A stretch of DNA of 64,000 nucleotides. Origin: a virus. The notes under the pieces were generated by a model. That model made no database searches. It was not told where the DNA came from and worked only from the letters and a program-made list of their open reading frames with translations. Numbering within the stretch: the first letter of the stretch is position 1; every line of letters starts with the position of its first letter. Shown here piece after piece: positions 9,479 through 18,556 of the stretch. A program made the translations under genes and the position numbers. Location of the stretch: the IMG/VR virus record IMGVR_UViG_3300045988_126112, positions 64,001-128,000 of that record; one strand, given 5' to 3'.

Positions 9479-10219
9479 ATGGCATTTAATAACAATAATA
9501 ATGAAGAAAAAAGATATGAAGAAGTATATTCACCTTTAAATCTATACTCACCAGATAGATCTAAAGTATTAGGATTTGACTTTGTTTTACAAGGAATTCT
9601 AAGAATGAAAATAACTCCAAGAAATGGTAATGGAGTTGGATATGATAATAGTAAATCAGTATCTATTTATCTATCTGTAAATCAAGCTGTTGTTTTATCA
9701 CAAGCATTATCAATGCTTAGAGAAAAAATAAGAAATAATCAAGCTTGTAATATTGGTTGTACAAATAATAAAAAATTAGCTAATGTAGTATTTGAATCTA
9801 TACCAGATTCTAGTGGATTAGCTAAAATAACTTGTACAATAAATACATTTAATAATGGAGCTATAGCTAAAACAGCTACAATAGATTTTAAAAATGATGA
9901 ATATATAGTACAAGATTTTGATGCCAATACAATGAATCATACAACAGTAAATATGTCTGATGTACCAGTAGTTCTTATACAAAATCTATTAAATGAATAT
10001 GTAAAAGCAATGACAGGTGCAGCAGCTTATGGAGTACATTATTGTGTAGGTCAATATAAATATGACAAAAGAAAAATAAAAGACGCATTACTAGGTGGTG
10101 GGCAAAAACAACTTGGTAATTCACAACAACAAAACAATAATTCTATATTTAATCAAGATAAAGGTTCATCAAATGAATTTGTTTCTACAAATGATTCATT
10201 TGATGAATTCTTTGATTAA
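9479..10219 (+). CDS. Possible ssDNA-binding protein (246 aa), T7 gp2.5-style architecture
   Basis: Folded N-terminal domain, then a Q/N/G-rich flexible linker (GGGQKQLGNSQQQNNNSIFNQDKGSS) and an acidic aromatic C-terminal tip (NDSFDEFFD). This is the linker-plus-acidic-tail layout typical of phage and bacterial SSBs. No sequence homology was verified. Confidence 0.35.
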   Translation: MAFNNNNNEEKRYEEVYSPLNLYSPDRSKVLGFDFVLQGILRMKITPRNGNGVGYDNSKSVSIYLSVNQAVVLSQALSMLREKIRNNQACNIGCTNNKKLANVVFESIPDSSGLAKITCTINTFNNGAIAKTATIDFKNDEYIVQDFDANTMNHTTVNMSDVPVVLIQNLLNEYVKAMTGAAAYGVHYCVGQYKYDKRKIKDALLGGGQKQLGNSQQQNNNSIFNQDKGSSNEFVSTNDSFDEFFD

Positions 10220-10226
10220 AAGGAAT

Positions 10227-10258
10227 AAAGGGAGATTAAGTTCTCCCTTTATTTTTTG
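10227..10258 (+). terminator. Rho-independent terminator
   Basis: aaagggaga/tctcccttt stem followed by attttttg. Confidence 0.8.
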
Positions 10259-10273
10259 TTTAGGAGGGAATTT

Positions 10274-10903
10274 ATGGATAATGGTTTAAATATATTTATC
10301 GAATTTGAAATGCTATTTGATGAAGATTATGGATTAATAAGAACTCTTGTAAATAAATTTAAAAATAGTCAATATCTAAATACTGAATACTTAAAGCATG
10401 TATCATTTAAAAACTTAATAAATGATTTATTAACACAAGAAGTTAGAGATCCTTTAAAATTAGCAATAGCTGATGGAATAAATTATCAATCTATATATGA
10501 TGATATAGAAAAAGATGATAAATTTAAAGAGTTAATAGTTAAAAATAGTTATCCTTTAAAGAAAATGATATCATGTATGAAATATTCAAAAGCTCTTTCA
10601 TTAGATGATTCATATACAGTAACAGTTTGCTGTAATAATAAATATGAAGTAGAAAGACTAAAGGATATAGGATTTAAAGTTGATGTAATTATGTATGAGC
10701 CTGATTTAGATTTAAGTAAATATGATTGCTTATATTTAAAAGAAGGAATACATTTAAAAAGTAAATATAAAAATGTATCACAAAAACATATTTATATAGC
10801 GAATTACAATTACAATTGTGATTCTAATAAAGATTTGCTACCTAAGAATGAAATAATAGCTTATTCTATAGATAGCGATTTAAAAATTATAGATATATAC
10901 TAG
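10274..10903 (+). CDS. Hypothetical protein (209 aa)
   Basis: The track ORF starts at 10256. The ATG at 10274 (MDNGLNIF) sits 7 nt after AGGAGGG. Confidence 0.65.
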   Translation: MDNGLNIFIEFEMLFDEDYGLIRTLVNKFKNSQYLNTEYLKHVSFKNLINDLLTQEVRDPLKLAIADGINYQSIYDDIEKDDKFKELIVKNSYPLKKMISCMKYSKALSLDDSYTVTVCCNNKYEVERLKDIGFKVDVIMYEPDLDLSKYDCLYLKEGIHLKSKYKNVSQKHIYIANYNYNCDSNKDLLPKNEIIAYSIDSDLKIIDIY

Positions 10904-10916
10904 AGGAGGAAGTATT

Positions 10917-12629
10917 ATGGGAATTTATTCAAATATTGTAAAGAAAGATAAACTAAGAGAAATACAAGGTCAAGTGCTAGAAGAAATTAGAGATGCATTA
11001 GTGCAATCATATGGTCCATATGGCTCAAATACTTTAATTTATAATGATAGTACTCTAAATAAATATACTAAGGATGGACATGAAATTCTTAGTGGTATTC
11101 AAATATTAAATGAAATTGAAGCTTCTGTACAAAGAGATTTAGTTCAAATCACTAATAATACAGTAAGAAAAGTTGGTGATGGTACTACAGCAGCTACAAT
11201 ACTATCTTCTATAATATTCAAAACATTTACAGAATTAGAAGGAAAATATACTCCATATAAATTAATGAGATTATTTGATAAAACTGTAAAAGAAATAACT
11301 AAAAATATTATGGAAAGAAATAGAGTTTTTGATTTTAATACTGCATATAAAATAGCTATGATATCTACTAATGGTAATGAAAAGATATCTAAAGAAATAG
11401 CTAGTATATATGAAAAATATGGTAATGAAGTATATATAGATGTAACTATAACTACTCAAGATAGAAATGTAGTAAAAGTATATGATGGTCTTTCTATGTC
11501 AGAAGGATTATACAATAGTGCATATATGAATATACCTAAAGAAAATAAAGCAGATATAAGAGATTGTCATGTATATTACTTTGATGATCCAGTAGATACA
11601 CCAGAAATGATGAGTCTATTAAATGCTATAATAGATAAAAACATATTCCAACCTGTAAAAGATAAAAGTAAAAAAATTATACCTACTGTTATATTAACTC
11701 CTCATATAAGTAGAGATATGAGTACTTATATAGAACAAGTTGAAGCAGTTATGACTAATTGTAAAGGTATGGATAAACCTCCACTTATAATAATAAATAA
11801 TATATTTAAAACTGGAAACGTTGAAGATATAATTAAAATGTGTGGTTGCCCACCAATTAAAAAATATATAAACGTTGAACAACAAAAAGAAGATATAAAA
11901 CAAGGAATTGCTCCAACTGTTAAAAATGTAGAAAGATTCTGTGGTTATTGTGATGAAGTAGTTGCTACTACAAAAGAAAGTAAATTCATAAATCCTAAGA
12001 ATATGGTAGTTAGAGATAAAGATGGAAATATAACAGGATATACAGATGAATATAAGAGTCTTTTAGATTTCTTAAAAACTGAATTAGAAAGATATAAAGA
12101 AGATGGAGAAGACGCAGCTAAAATAGGTGGTATGAGAAGAAGAATAAATGCATTAAAAGCTAATATGATTGAATATGTTATAGGTGGTATATCTATGGCT
12201 GATAGAGAAGCTTTAAAATGCTTAGTAGAAGATGCAGTATTAAACTGTCGTTCTGCTGCTGAACATGGTGTAGGATGGGGTGCTAACTTTGAAGGACTAA
12301 TAGCATCTAATAAAGTTAGAAAAGAAACTGAAGATGAAGATATAAAACTTATAGCTACAACTATATATGAATCTTACGTTGAATTGATAACTACATTATA
12401 CAAAACTATGAATCTTTCTGATGAAAAGATAGATTCAATTATAAAAGCAGAAGAACCATTTAATATGGTTACTGAAGAATATGATGGTAATGTATTATCT
12501 TCTATAATGCTAGACCCAGTTATATTAGATTCTATAAATAGATTGCTTACTTTATTATTTACTTGTAATCAATTTATCGTTGACGATCCACTTAAAAATG
12601 TATATAACAATCCTTCATATACTAAATAA
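10917..12629 (+). CDS. Phage-encoded chaperonin, GroEL/Cpn60 family (570 aa)
   Basis: The N-terminus follows the GroEL pattern: ...ALVQSYGPYGSNTLI...KYTKDGHEILSGIQ...VRKVGDGTTAATILSS (compare GroEL TLGPKGRNVVL...TKDGVSVAREIE...AGDGTTTATVLA). The GDGTT nucleotide-binding loop is encoded at about 11175-11195. Length fits a chaperonin. Confidence 0.85.
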   Translation: MGIYSNIVKKDKLREIQGQVLEEIRDALVQSYGPYGSNTLIYNDSTLNKYTKDGHEILSGIQILNEIEASVQRDLVQITNNTVRKVGDGTTAATILSSIIFKTFTELEGKYTPYKLMRLFDKTVKEITKNIMERNRVFDFNTAYKIAMISTNGNEKISKEIASIYEKYGNEVYIDVTITTQDRNVVKVYDGLSMSEGLYNSAYMNIPKENKADIRDCHVYYFDDPVDTPEMMSLLNAIIDKNIFQPVKDKSKKIIPTVILTPHISRDMSTYIEQVEAVMTNCKGMDKPPLIIINNIFKTGNVEDIIKMCGCPPIKKYINVEQQKEDIKQGIAPTVKNVERFCGYCDEVVATTKESKFINPKNMVVRDKDGNITGYTDEYKSLLDFLKTELERYKEDGEDAAKIGGMRRRINALKANMIEYVIGGISMADREALKCLVEDAVLNCRSAAEHGVGWGANFEGLIASNKVRKETEDEDIKLIATTIYESYVELITTLYKTMNLSDEKIDSIIKAEEPFNMVTEEYDGNVLSSIMLDPVILDSINRLLTLLFTCNQFIVDDPLKNVYNNPSYTK

Positions 12630-12653
12630 TTAAAATACAAACAACATTTAATT

Positions 12654-12684
12654 AGTCGATAGTATTAATTTACTATCGACTTTA
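12654..12684 (+). terminator. Hairpin (weak terminator; poor T-run)
   Basis: agtcgatagta/tactatcgact 11-bp stem followed by only tt. Confidence 0.4.
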
Positions 12685-12709
12685 GATGTTACAGAAGGGG
12701 TGAAATATT

Positions 12710-13489
12710 ATGAATATGACATTCGATCAATATATTGCAAATCCAATGGGAAAAAAGAATGCAGTATTTAGTAATCGAGAAATGTTTAGAGCTATGTACA
12801 AGCAAAAACTTGATGTTTTATTAGTAAGAGAAGTGGGAAAAGTTAAATATGACTTATACACTTCAAAGAAAGGTAAATACTATATACACTTTAAAATACC
12901 ATCTGAAAAGATTAAAGGTATATATTATGATACAGTTATTGAATTCTATACTGATCAACATGCAGCTGAATTATCAAGAAGTTTAAATAATTATTATGTA
13001 AAATTCTATTCTAATGATCCTTCATTTGTGTTCACATTTGCTCATGCATTTAGAGCTAATGATATGCTTATAAAAGATTTAGAATGTAAAATGAGCAAGA
13101 AAGCTTTAAAAGAAGTTGCTAAAGAAAAGAATCCAAAGAATGAAGTAGGTTATGTAAAGTCTATATTCTTTGCATATCTATTAATGAAACAATATGGATT
13201 ATTTGAAAAAGTACAATTTAAATCATATGCTAAACAATATGATCCAAGAACTTTTAAAGACCAAATAACACATGCAGACCAAAAAATAGAAGAAAGAATA
13301 AATGCAACTGAAAAAGAAGCAAAAGAAAAAAGAGTAGAAAAACAAAAAGAGAGAGTAGCACAACAACAAAATAGACGTGAACAGAATCCCATGTTTATTA
13401 ACTCATCACCTAAAGTATCGTCAGTAAAAAAAGTAAATCGTATTGAGGCTACTAAAGGAAAGAAAGTTAAAAAAGTAAAAAAAATATAA
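12710..13489 (+). CDS. Hypothetical protein with K/E/Q-rich basic C-terminal tail (259 aa)
   Basis: ORF track; AAGGGGTG upstream. Confidence 0.65.
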   Translation: MNMTFDQYIANPMGKKNAVFSNREMFRAMYKQKLDVLLVREVGKVKYDLYTSKKGKYYIHFKIPSEKIKGIYYDTVIEFYTDQHAAELSRSLNNYYVKFYSNDPSFVFTFAHAFRANDMLIKDLECKMSKKALKEVAKEKNPKNEVGYVKSIFFAYLLMKQYGLFEKVQFKSYAKQYDPRTFKDQITHADQKIEERINATEKEAKEKRVEKQKERVAQQQNRREQNPMFINSSPKVSSVKKVNRIEATKGKKVKKVKKI

Positions 13490-13493
13490 TAAT

Positions 13494-13504
13494 CATATAT
13501 TATA
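13494..13504 (+). promoter_or_regulatory. Class I box
   Basis: aatCATATATTATAatatTG. 21 nt upstream of the ATG at 13525. Confidence 0.5.
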
Positions 13505-13524
13505 ATATTGGGAGGATGATTAGT

Positions 13525-15042
13525 ATGGAAAAAGAAATAATACATTACATTTGTGAAAGACCAGAATTTATTCATGTTGATGAATGGGTTCCAAATGAAG
13601 AAGACAAAATACTTAATTGGATGAAAGACGAATTTGTAGTTCCTGTATCAAGTTTCTTAAATCAGGAACAAAATTTACAATTGGATTGTTTCAGTTTAAA
13701 GGTTAAAAAATCTTATAAGAGCGTAAAGGCAAAAGATCATTTTTGCCAATATTTAAATTACTTTGAAAAATTTTACGACAAAGACAAAGAACTAATATCA
13801 ATTTATTCTAGAATAAAATGTATGATAGACGGGTATAAAGATAAATATACTCCAGAGCTATTAAAGCAAGACATCAATAACTATTTGTTATCATATTCTA
13901 TGAAATGGAAAGTTAGAAGAATGAATAATGATAACTATATTCCTTTAGAAAAGAAATATAAGAATAGTAAAAAACCAGGGTTAGAATATAATGATATACA
14001 TTGTAAACTAATGCTGGAATTATCATTGTTCCAAATAATGATGATACCTATATTAACACATTACGCATATGTAAATAAAGTATTAGATATAACAAACTTC
14101 TTATTAGAATTCTATGATTTAATTCTTTATATGAAAAATGTTACTATAAATTTACCAAATAAATTTTACGAAACTGTAAAATCTAGTACTGAACACAGTA
14201 CTATAAATAACCCAATATGGGATAAACAAGATATAAGAGGATTAAATCCAACAACATTTGCAATAGAACATTCAAATTCTATAATATTGCAATTAATGCC
14301 AAAATATATTTATAGTTCAGCAGCTGTTGCATTAAACTTTAATTCTATAAAACAAAATATAGACCATCAAGTTATAGGTAATGAATATGAATTCGTATTT
14401 GTTAAACTTGATAATATAAAGAAAGATGAAGATTCAAATTCAGAATTTGATAAGTTTGAATCTTATACAGCAAAACAAGACGAATCATTGTATATTGAAT
14501 TAAATCATATAGCTAGGGAATCAATGAAAATGATTGAATTTAAATATGGTCCTTTTGACCAAGCTGAAATAGAATTCTATAAAAGAGAATTATTTGATGA
14601 TACAGATTGTATAAATAATTTTCAAAAGCATATAGTATTCAATTTGTTTTATCAAATATTTGGAGATACAGAAAGTATAAAAGCTATAAATAAAGATGAT
14701 TATATCAAACTTGTTATAGCAGCTAAAAGGATATTCCATAGTTATAAAATGGTTATAATGCCATATGTTGTATCAAGCAAAATAGTCAAATCTGTAAGCA
14801 GAAAGACTATAAATAAGAAAGAAGAGAAGAAGATTGATGATAGTGAAATATTTGAGTTATTAATGAAAAAATATAATAATAACCCTAAGGTTAAAGAACA
14901 TATCTTATCAATAATAGCAACAATATATTCATCTACTTTTAGAATGATAGATTATAATGATAGAAATATAAATGGTAAAATAATGCCATTGTTTATGGAA
15001 TTTATCAGTAAAGAAGTATGTGATTATGCAATGTTAACATAG
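13525..15042 (+). CDS. Hypothetical protein (505 aa)
   Basis: The track ORF starts at 13516, but that ATG abuts the GGAGG. The ATG at 13525 (MEKEIIHY) has 9-nt spacing. Class I box at 13494-13504; terminator at 15051-15087. Confidence 0.7.
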   Translation: MEKEIIHYICERPEFIHVDEWVPNEEDKILNWMKDEFVVPVSSFLNQEQNLQLDCFSLKVKKSYKSVKAKDHFCQYLNYFEKFYDKDKELISIYSRIKCMIDGYKDKYTPELLKQDINNYLLSYSMKWKVRRMNNDNYIPLEKKYKNSKKPGLEYNDIHCKLMLELSLFQIMMIPILTHYAYVNKVLDITNFLLEFYDLILYMKNVTINLPNKFYETVKSSTEHSTINNPIWDKQDIRGLNPTTFAIEHSNSIILQLMPKYIYSSAAVALNFNSIKQNIDHQVIGNEYEFVFVKLDNIKKDEDSNSEFDKFESYTAKQDESLYIELNHIARESMKMIEFKYGPFDQAEIEFYKRELFDDTDCINNFQKHIVFNLFYQIFGDTESIKAINKDDYIKLVIAAKRIFHSYKMVIMPYVVSSKIVKSVSRKTINKKEEKKIDDSEIFELLMKKYNNNPKVKEHILSIIATIYSSTFRMIDYNDRNINGKIMPLFMEFISKEVCDYAMLT

Positions 15043-15050
15043 GTTTTATC

Positions 15051-15087
15051 ATAGCTCTTAGCGTAACAGCTAAGAGCTATTTTTTTA
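15051..15087 (+). terminator. Rho-independent terminator
   Basis: atagctcttagc/gctaagagctat 12-bp stem followed by a T7 run. Confidence 0.85.
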
Positions 15088-15098
15088 GGAGGATTGTT

Positions 15099-16154
15099 AT
15101 GGAATTTAGAGAGAGAATGAAAGGATTATTATTACAACTTCCAGATGCTAAATTGGCATCTGGTGGTAACGAAGTAACTTTACGATGTAGATATTGTGGA
15201 GATAGTGAAAGAAATCATAGTGAAAGACATATGTATGTAAAATTACCAGATTATCAAACACCTATGCTTTATAATTGTTATAGAGCTAGATGTAAAGCTA
15301 AGGGTATAGTTACATATGACAAATTAATAGATTGGGGAGTTAAACTTACAGATGAAGATGTAAGAGAAATATTAATGTATAATAAGAAAGTTTTAAATAT
15401 GGATAATAATATCATATTTAGAGATAGAGAGATATATACATTGAATAATACTTTCATTGATAGTACAAAAAATTATCAAAACAAAATTGATTATATAAAT
15501 AATAGAATAGGTAGTAATTTTAATCATATGCAATTAAAACAATTAAAGATTAGTCTAGATATATTAGATACAATAAGAGAAAATAATCTTGGATTAAATG
15601 CAGAGTTATGGAAATTACAAAAAGTATCTGAAAATTTTATAGGATTCATAACTCAAGACAATGCATACGCTGTTTGTAGAAATATCAATTTCAATGAAAA
15701 CATAAAAGCACCTATGAACTTTAGGTACTATAAGTATAAAATACATGATATTTTAAATACAAACAGAAAGAGTTTTTATATTATACCTACAAGCGTTAAT
15801 ATAAATGAGAAAGTAAATATATTTCTTTCAGAAGGAACATTTGATATATTATCAGTATGGTATAATATAATACAAAATAAAGTACCAAATTCTATATTCT
15901 GTGCAGTATTAGGAAGTGGATATGAAGCTGCTATAAAATATTTAATCAGTAATCTAAAAATAATAAATGCTGAGATACATTTATATTTAGATAATGATAT
16001 GAATATAGGAGTATTAAGTAATCTCTTTATGAAATTAGAACCTTTTCATTACAATGTATTTATACATAGAAATGCATATGAAGGTGAAAAAGATTTTGGT
16101 GTTCCTAAAAAGAGAATAATTGATTATCAAGAACAAATAATGAAAGGGTGGTAA
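15099..16154 (+). CDS. DNA primase (zinc ribbon plus TOPRIM), 351 aa
   Basis: N-terminal Cys4-type ribbon LRCRYCGDSERNH...LYNCYRARCKAKG. TOPRIM Glu in IFLSEGTFDILS and the DxD in LYLDNDMNIG. Confidence 0.7.
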   Translation: MEFRERMKGLLLQLPDAKLASGGNEVTLRCRYCGDSERNHSERHMYVKLPDYQTPMLYNCYRARCKAKGIVTYDKLIDWGVKLTDEDVREILMYNKKVLNMDNNIIFRDREIYTLNNTFIDSTKNYQNKIDYINNRIGSNFNHMQLKQLKISLDILDTIRENNLGLNAELWKLQKVSENFIGFITQDNAYAVCRNINFNENIKAPMNFRYYKYKIHDILNTNRKSFYIIPTSVNINEKVNIFLSEGTFDILSVWYNIIQNKVPNSIFCAVLGSGYEAAIKYLISNLKIINAEIHLYLDNDMNIGVLSNLFMKLEPFHYNVFIHRNAYEGEKDFGVPKKRIIDYQEQIMKGW

Positions 16155-16155
16155 T

Positions 16156-16311
16156 ATGAAAACTTATCAAGTTTATACTTGGCTAGCTGTATTATGCTGG
16201 GTTATATTTTTAATATTGTGTACATTTAGAATAGGAAGAGCTAGAAATGCATTTATGGTTTTACTTGAAGCTATATTTTGTTTTGTGCTAGCAATAATTT
16301 TAAAACTATAA
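16156..16311 (+). CDS. Small two-pass membrane protein (51 aa)
   Basis: My own translation: MKTYQVYTWLAVLCWVIFLILCTFRIGRARNAFMVLLEAIFCFVLAIILKL. The ATG is 2 nt after the primase stop, with GGGTGG upstream. Followed directly by the terminator at 16311-16336. Below the ORF-track length cut-off. Confidence 0.5.
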   Translation: MKTYQVYTWLAVLCWVIFLILCTFRIGRARNAFMVLLEAIFCFVLAIILKL

Positions 16312-16336
16312 TCAGGAGCAATCCTGATTATTTTTT
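16311..16336 (+). terminator. Rho-independent terminator
   Basis: atcagga/tcctgat stem followed by tatttttt. Confidence 0.65.
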
Positions 16337-16362
16337 GAACATTTTAGAAAGGAGGGATATAA

Positions 16363-17577
16363 ATGGCTGGTAAATTTATCAATACAACACAAAAAGTTAT
16401 AATTGATTCTTTAGTTGAATCTTATAAAGATAGACTTAAAAATCCTTATTATACTCAAACAGATAAGAAAGCTACTATAGTTACTTATTATAACATTAAT
16501 AAAGCTAAATCTACATTAGATGAAGGATTAAAAATAGAATATAGTAGACTTGGTAAAGATTCACCTTTAAGATTTAATAGAATACATAACTTTTTTATTT
16601 ATGGATTGGAAAAAATATCAACTCAATTAGAGAGTGGAGATTTTGGTATAGTAGCTTCAGATATAGAAGGAGAAGCTATAATATTACCTAATACTATTGA
16701 GCCTTTACCTAATGATTATTTTACTATCAATTATTTAAATGATACACTTTTATTTAAAGTAACTGGAGTAACATTTGATACTATAGAAAATGATGCTAAC
16801 TTCTGGAAAATAACTTATAAACTAGATAGAATGGAAGATACTGATATCTTAGACCAAATATCTGATGAGTTTGAAATGATAGTAAATAATGTAGGTACTC
16901 AATATAAATCTATAATAAGAAAAAAAGATTATGATTTTATAGATAAACTTGAAATTATAATAGATAGAATTAAAGAATATTATAATTCTTTATTCTATAA
17001 TGAAAGAGTACAAACGTATACATTCCAAAATTTAACGAAACGTTTCTATGATCCTTATATGATAGAATTCCTTATAAGGAATGATGTATTAACTAATGAT
17101 GGAAGAAAGTATATCTATATAGGACATCAAACAATATTATCAAATAAATTTGATATGGAATATGATAAAACTTTCTTTAGATTTTTAGAGATGCCTGATA
17201 TAACTGGAAGAAGACCTAGATATACATCTCAAGCAACTTATATAGATCAACTAATGTGTATATTCTCAGATAGACCTGAAGAATATTTTGAAGTACATTA
17301 TATTGATGATAAAAGTTTAGTTAATTATAGTGAATATATTATAGAAAACTTTTCACATGAATTAATTGACAATATATTTAGTAACAAAAAATTTGAAGGA
17401 AATGATTATAGAAATATAATCATCAAATATTTCTATAATGAAAAACTTAATGCTGATGATATTGACAGTCTTAATAATATTGATTTTGATGATACTATAG
17501 AATATTTTTATAATATTCCTGTATTATTATATACTTTAGACTCTAGTATAAAAGAATTACTAAAAACATATAAATAA
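16363..17577 (+). CDS. Hypothetical protein (404 aa)
   Basis: ORF track; AAAGGAGGG upstream. Confidence 0.7.
   Translation: MAGKFINTTQKVIIDSLVESYKDRLKNPYYTQTDKKATIVTYYNINKAKSTLDEGLKIEYSRLGKDSPLRFNRIHNFFIYGLEKISTQLESGDFGIVASDIEGEAIILPNTIEPLPNDYFTINYLNDTLLFKVTGVTFDTIENDANFWKITYKLDRMEDTDILDQISDEFEMIVNNVGTQYKSIIRKKDYDFIDKLEIIIDRIKEYYNSLFYNERVQTYTFQNLTKRFYDPYMIEFLIRNDVLTNDGRKYIYIGHQTILSNKFDMEYDKTFFRFLEMPDITGRRPRYTSQATYIDQLMCIFSDRPEEYFEVHYIDDKSLVNYSEYIIENFSHELIDNIFSNKKFEGNDYRNIIIKYFYNEKLNADDIDSLNNIDFDDTIEYFYNIPVLLYTLDSSIKELLKTYK
17564..17577 (+). promoter_or_regulatory. Weaker class II-like box (AAACA-N6-TAA)
   Basis: aaAAACAtataaaTAAaat. Overlaps the stop of 16363..17577; 28 nt before the ATG at 17603. 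The first base and the inner TAT pattern deviate from the other copies. Confidence 0.25.
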
Positions 17578-17602
17578 AATTATACAAAAGGAGGAATTTA
17601 AT

Positions 17603-17890
17603 ATGCTTGGATTAGAATCAAGTTATTTAGAATCTTCAATATTTGGTTTAATAGCAGATCAAGATGAAGAGGATTTAAAATTTTATGACGAATCTATAGT
17701 AACATCTGTATTAGAAACAAATGATTGTGATGACATGATTATAGATTGTGATAAAGATGACGATGATGATGGATTTGATTTCGATACAAATTGGGATGAT
17801 GTTGAAGATATAGAAGATGAATTATTAGATGATATTGAATCAACACCAATATATGATGAATTTGATTCAGATTATCGCACTTACTATTAA
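17603..17890 (+). CDS. Highly acidic small protein (95 aa)
   Basis: ORF track; AAAGGAGG upstream. D/E-rich throughout (DCDKDDDDDGFDFDTNWDDVEDIEDELLDDIE). Confidence 0.7.
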   Translation: MLGLESSYLESSIFGLIADQDEEDLKFYDESIVTSVLETNDCDDMIIDCDKDDDDDGFDFDTNWDDVEDIEDELLDDIESTPIYDEFDSDYRTYY

Positions 17891-17903
17891 GGAGGATTAA
17901 GAA

Positions 17904-18380
17904 ATGAAAAAAAGAGTAAATGTAAAAATTAATGGTCCAATATATACTGTAAGACCTATAATACAAAGAAGTCTTATGAATGTAGAAATGACTGAAGGAG
18001 ATATAAGAAATTGTATATGCTCTAATGCTATGGTTGAAGAAATATTAGAAGATGGTAGTAGAGTTCCTTTAGGATTACACAACTATAATAAAGATAACAA
18101 TAAAAAGAAAAAACCTCAACCTACACCTGTAGTTCCTAAACCTCAACCTCAACCTAAGCCTCAACCTAAACCTGAGCCTAAAAAAGAAACTCCAGCTGTA
18201 AATGTAAAAATAAAAGAGGATAATAGACCTAAAGAAGAAGTTAAAAAAGTTGAACCACAAGTTCAAAAGAAACCATATGTAAAACCTGCTATGGAAATAA
18301 AAGAACAACCAGTTCAACCTAAAAAAGAAGAAGTAAAAGCTGAAGAAGTTAAAAAAGAAACTCAAGAAGAAAAAAAATAA
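17904..18380 (+). CDS. Basic Pro/Lys-repeat protein (158 aa)
   Basis: ORF track; AAGGAGG upstream. Folded-looking 65-aa N-terminus, then PQPTPVVPKPQPQPKPQPKPEPKK and a K/E/V-rich tail. Confidence 0.7.
   Translation: MKKRVNVKINGPIYTVRPIIQRSLMNVEMTEGDIRNCICSNAMVEEILEDGSRVPLGLHNYNKDNNKKKKPQPTPVVPKPQPQPKPQPKPEPKKETPAVNVKIKEDNRPKEEVKKVEPQVQKKPYVKPAMEIKEQPVQPKKEEVKAEEVKKETQEEKK
18141..18182 (+). repeat. Seven CCT-NNN hexanucleotide repeats encoding PQPQPKPQPKPEPK
   Basis: cctcaa cctcaa cctaag cctcaa cctaaa cctgag cctaaa. Confidence 0.85.
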
Positions 18381-18450
18381 TTTTTGATTCATTCATAACA
18401 AGTGAGCTACAAGGATAGTTATCCTTGTAGCCCTCAGCTTTGTTATTTGA

Positions 18451-18476
18451 CTATTGATATTAATTAATATCAATAG
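18451..18476. repeat. Perfect 26-nt palindrome
   Basis: ctattgatattaa|ttaatatcaatag, in the convergent intergenic gap. Confidence 0.9.
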
Positions 18477-18556
18477 GGGAAATATTTAGATACAAATTGT
18501 ATCTATAATATTTAATACATATTATGCTCTTATTTAGAGCCCTCCTATTATTTTAA

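Noticed and set aside
16338-16352. Near-matches to the class II box: tGAACAttttagAAA at 16338 upstream of 16363, TTAACAcatttaAGT at about 23073 upstream of 23120, aAAACAtactatAAA at about 28002 upstream of 28027, and GAACTttattaTAA at about 56494-56507 (minus strand) upstream of 56480.
   Set aside because: Each breaks an invariant position (the T at +7 or the fourth base of AACA). I did not count them, although they might be weak or variant promoters.
18075-18392. Minus-strand 105-aa ORF rich in F/L/R repeats.
   Set aside because: It is the reverse complement of the Pro/Lys repeat gene, so the repeat-driven open frame is an artefact.
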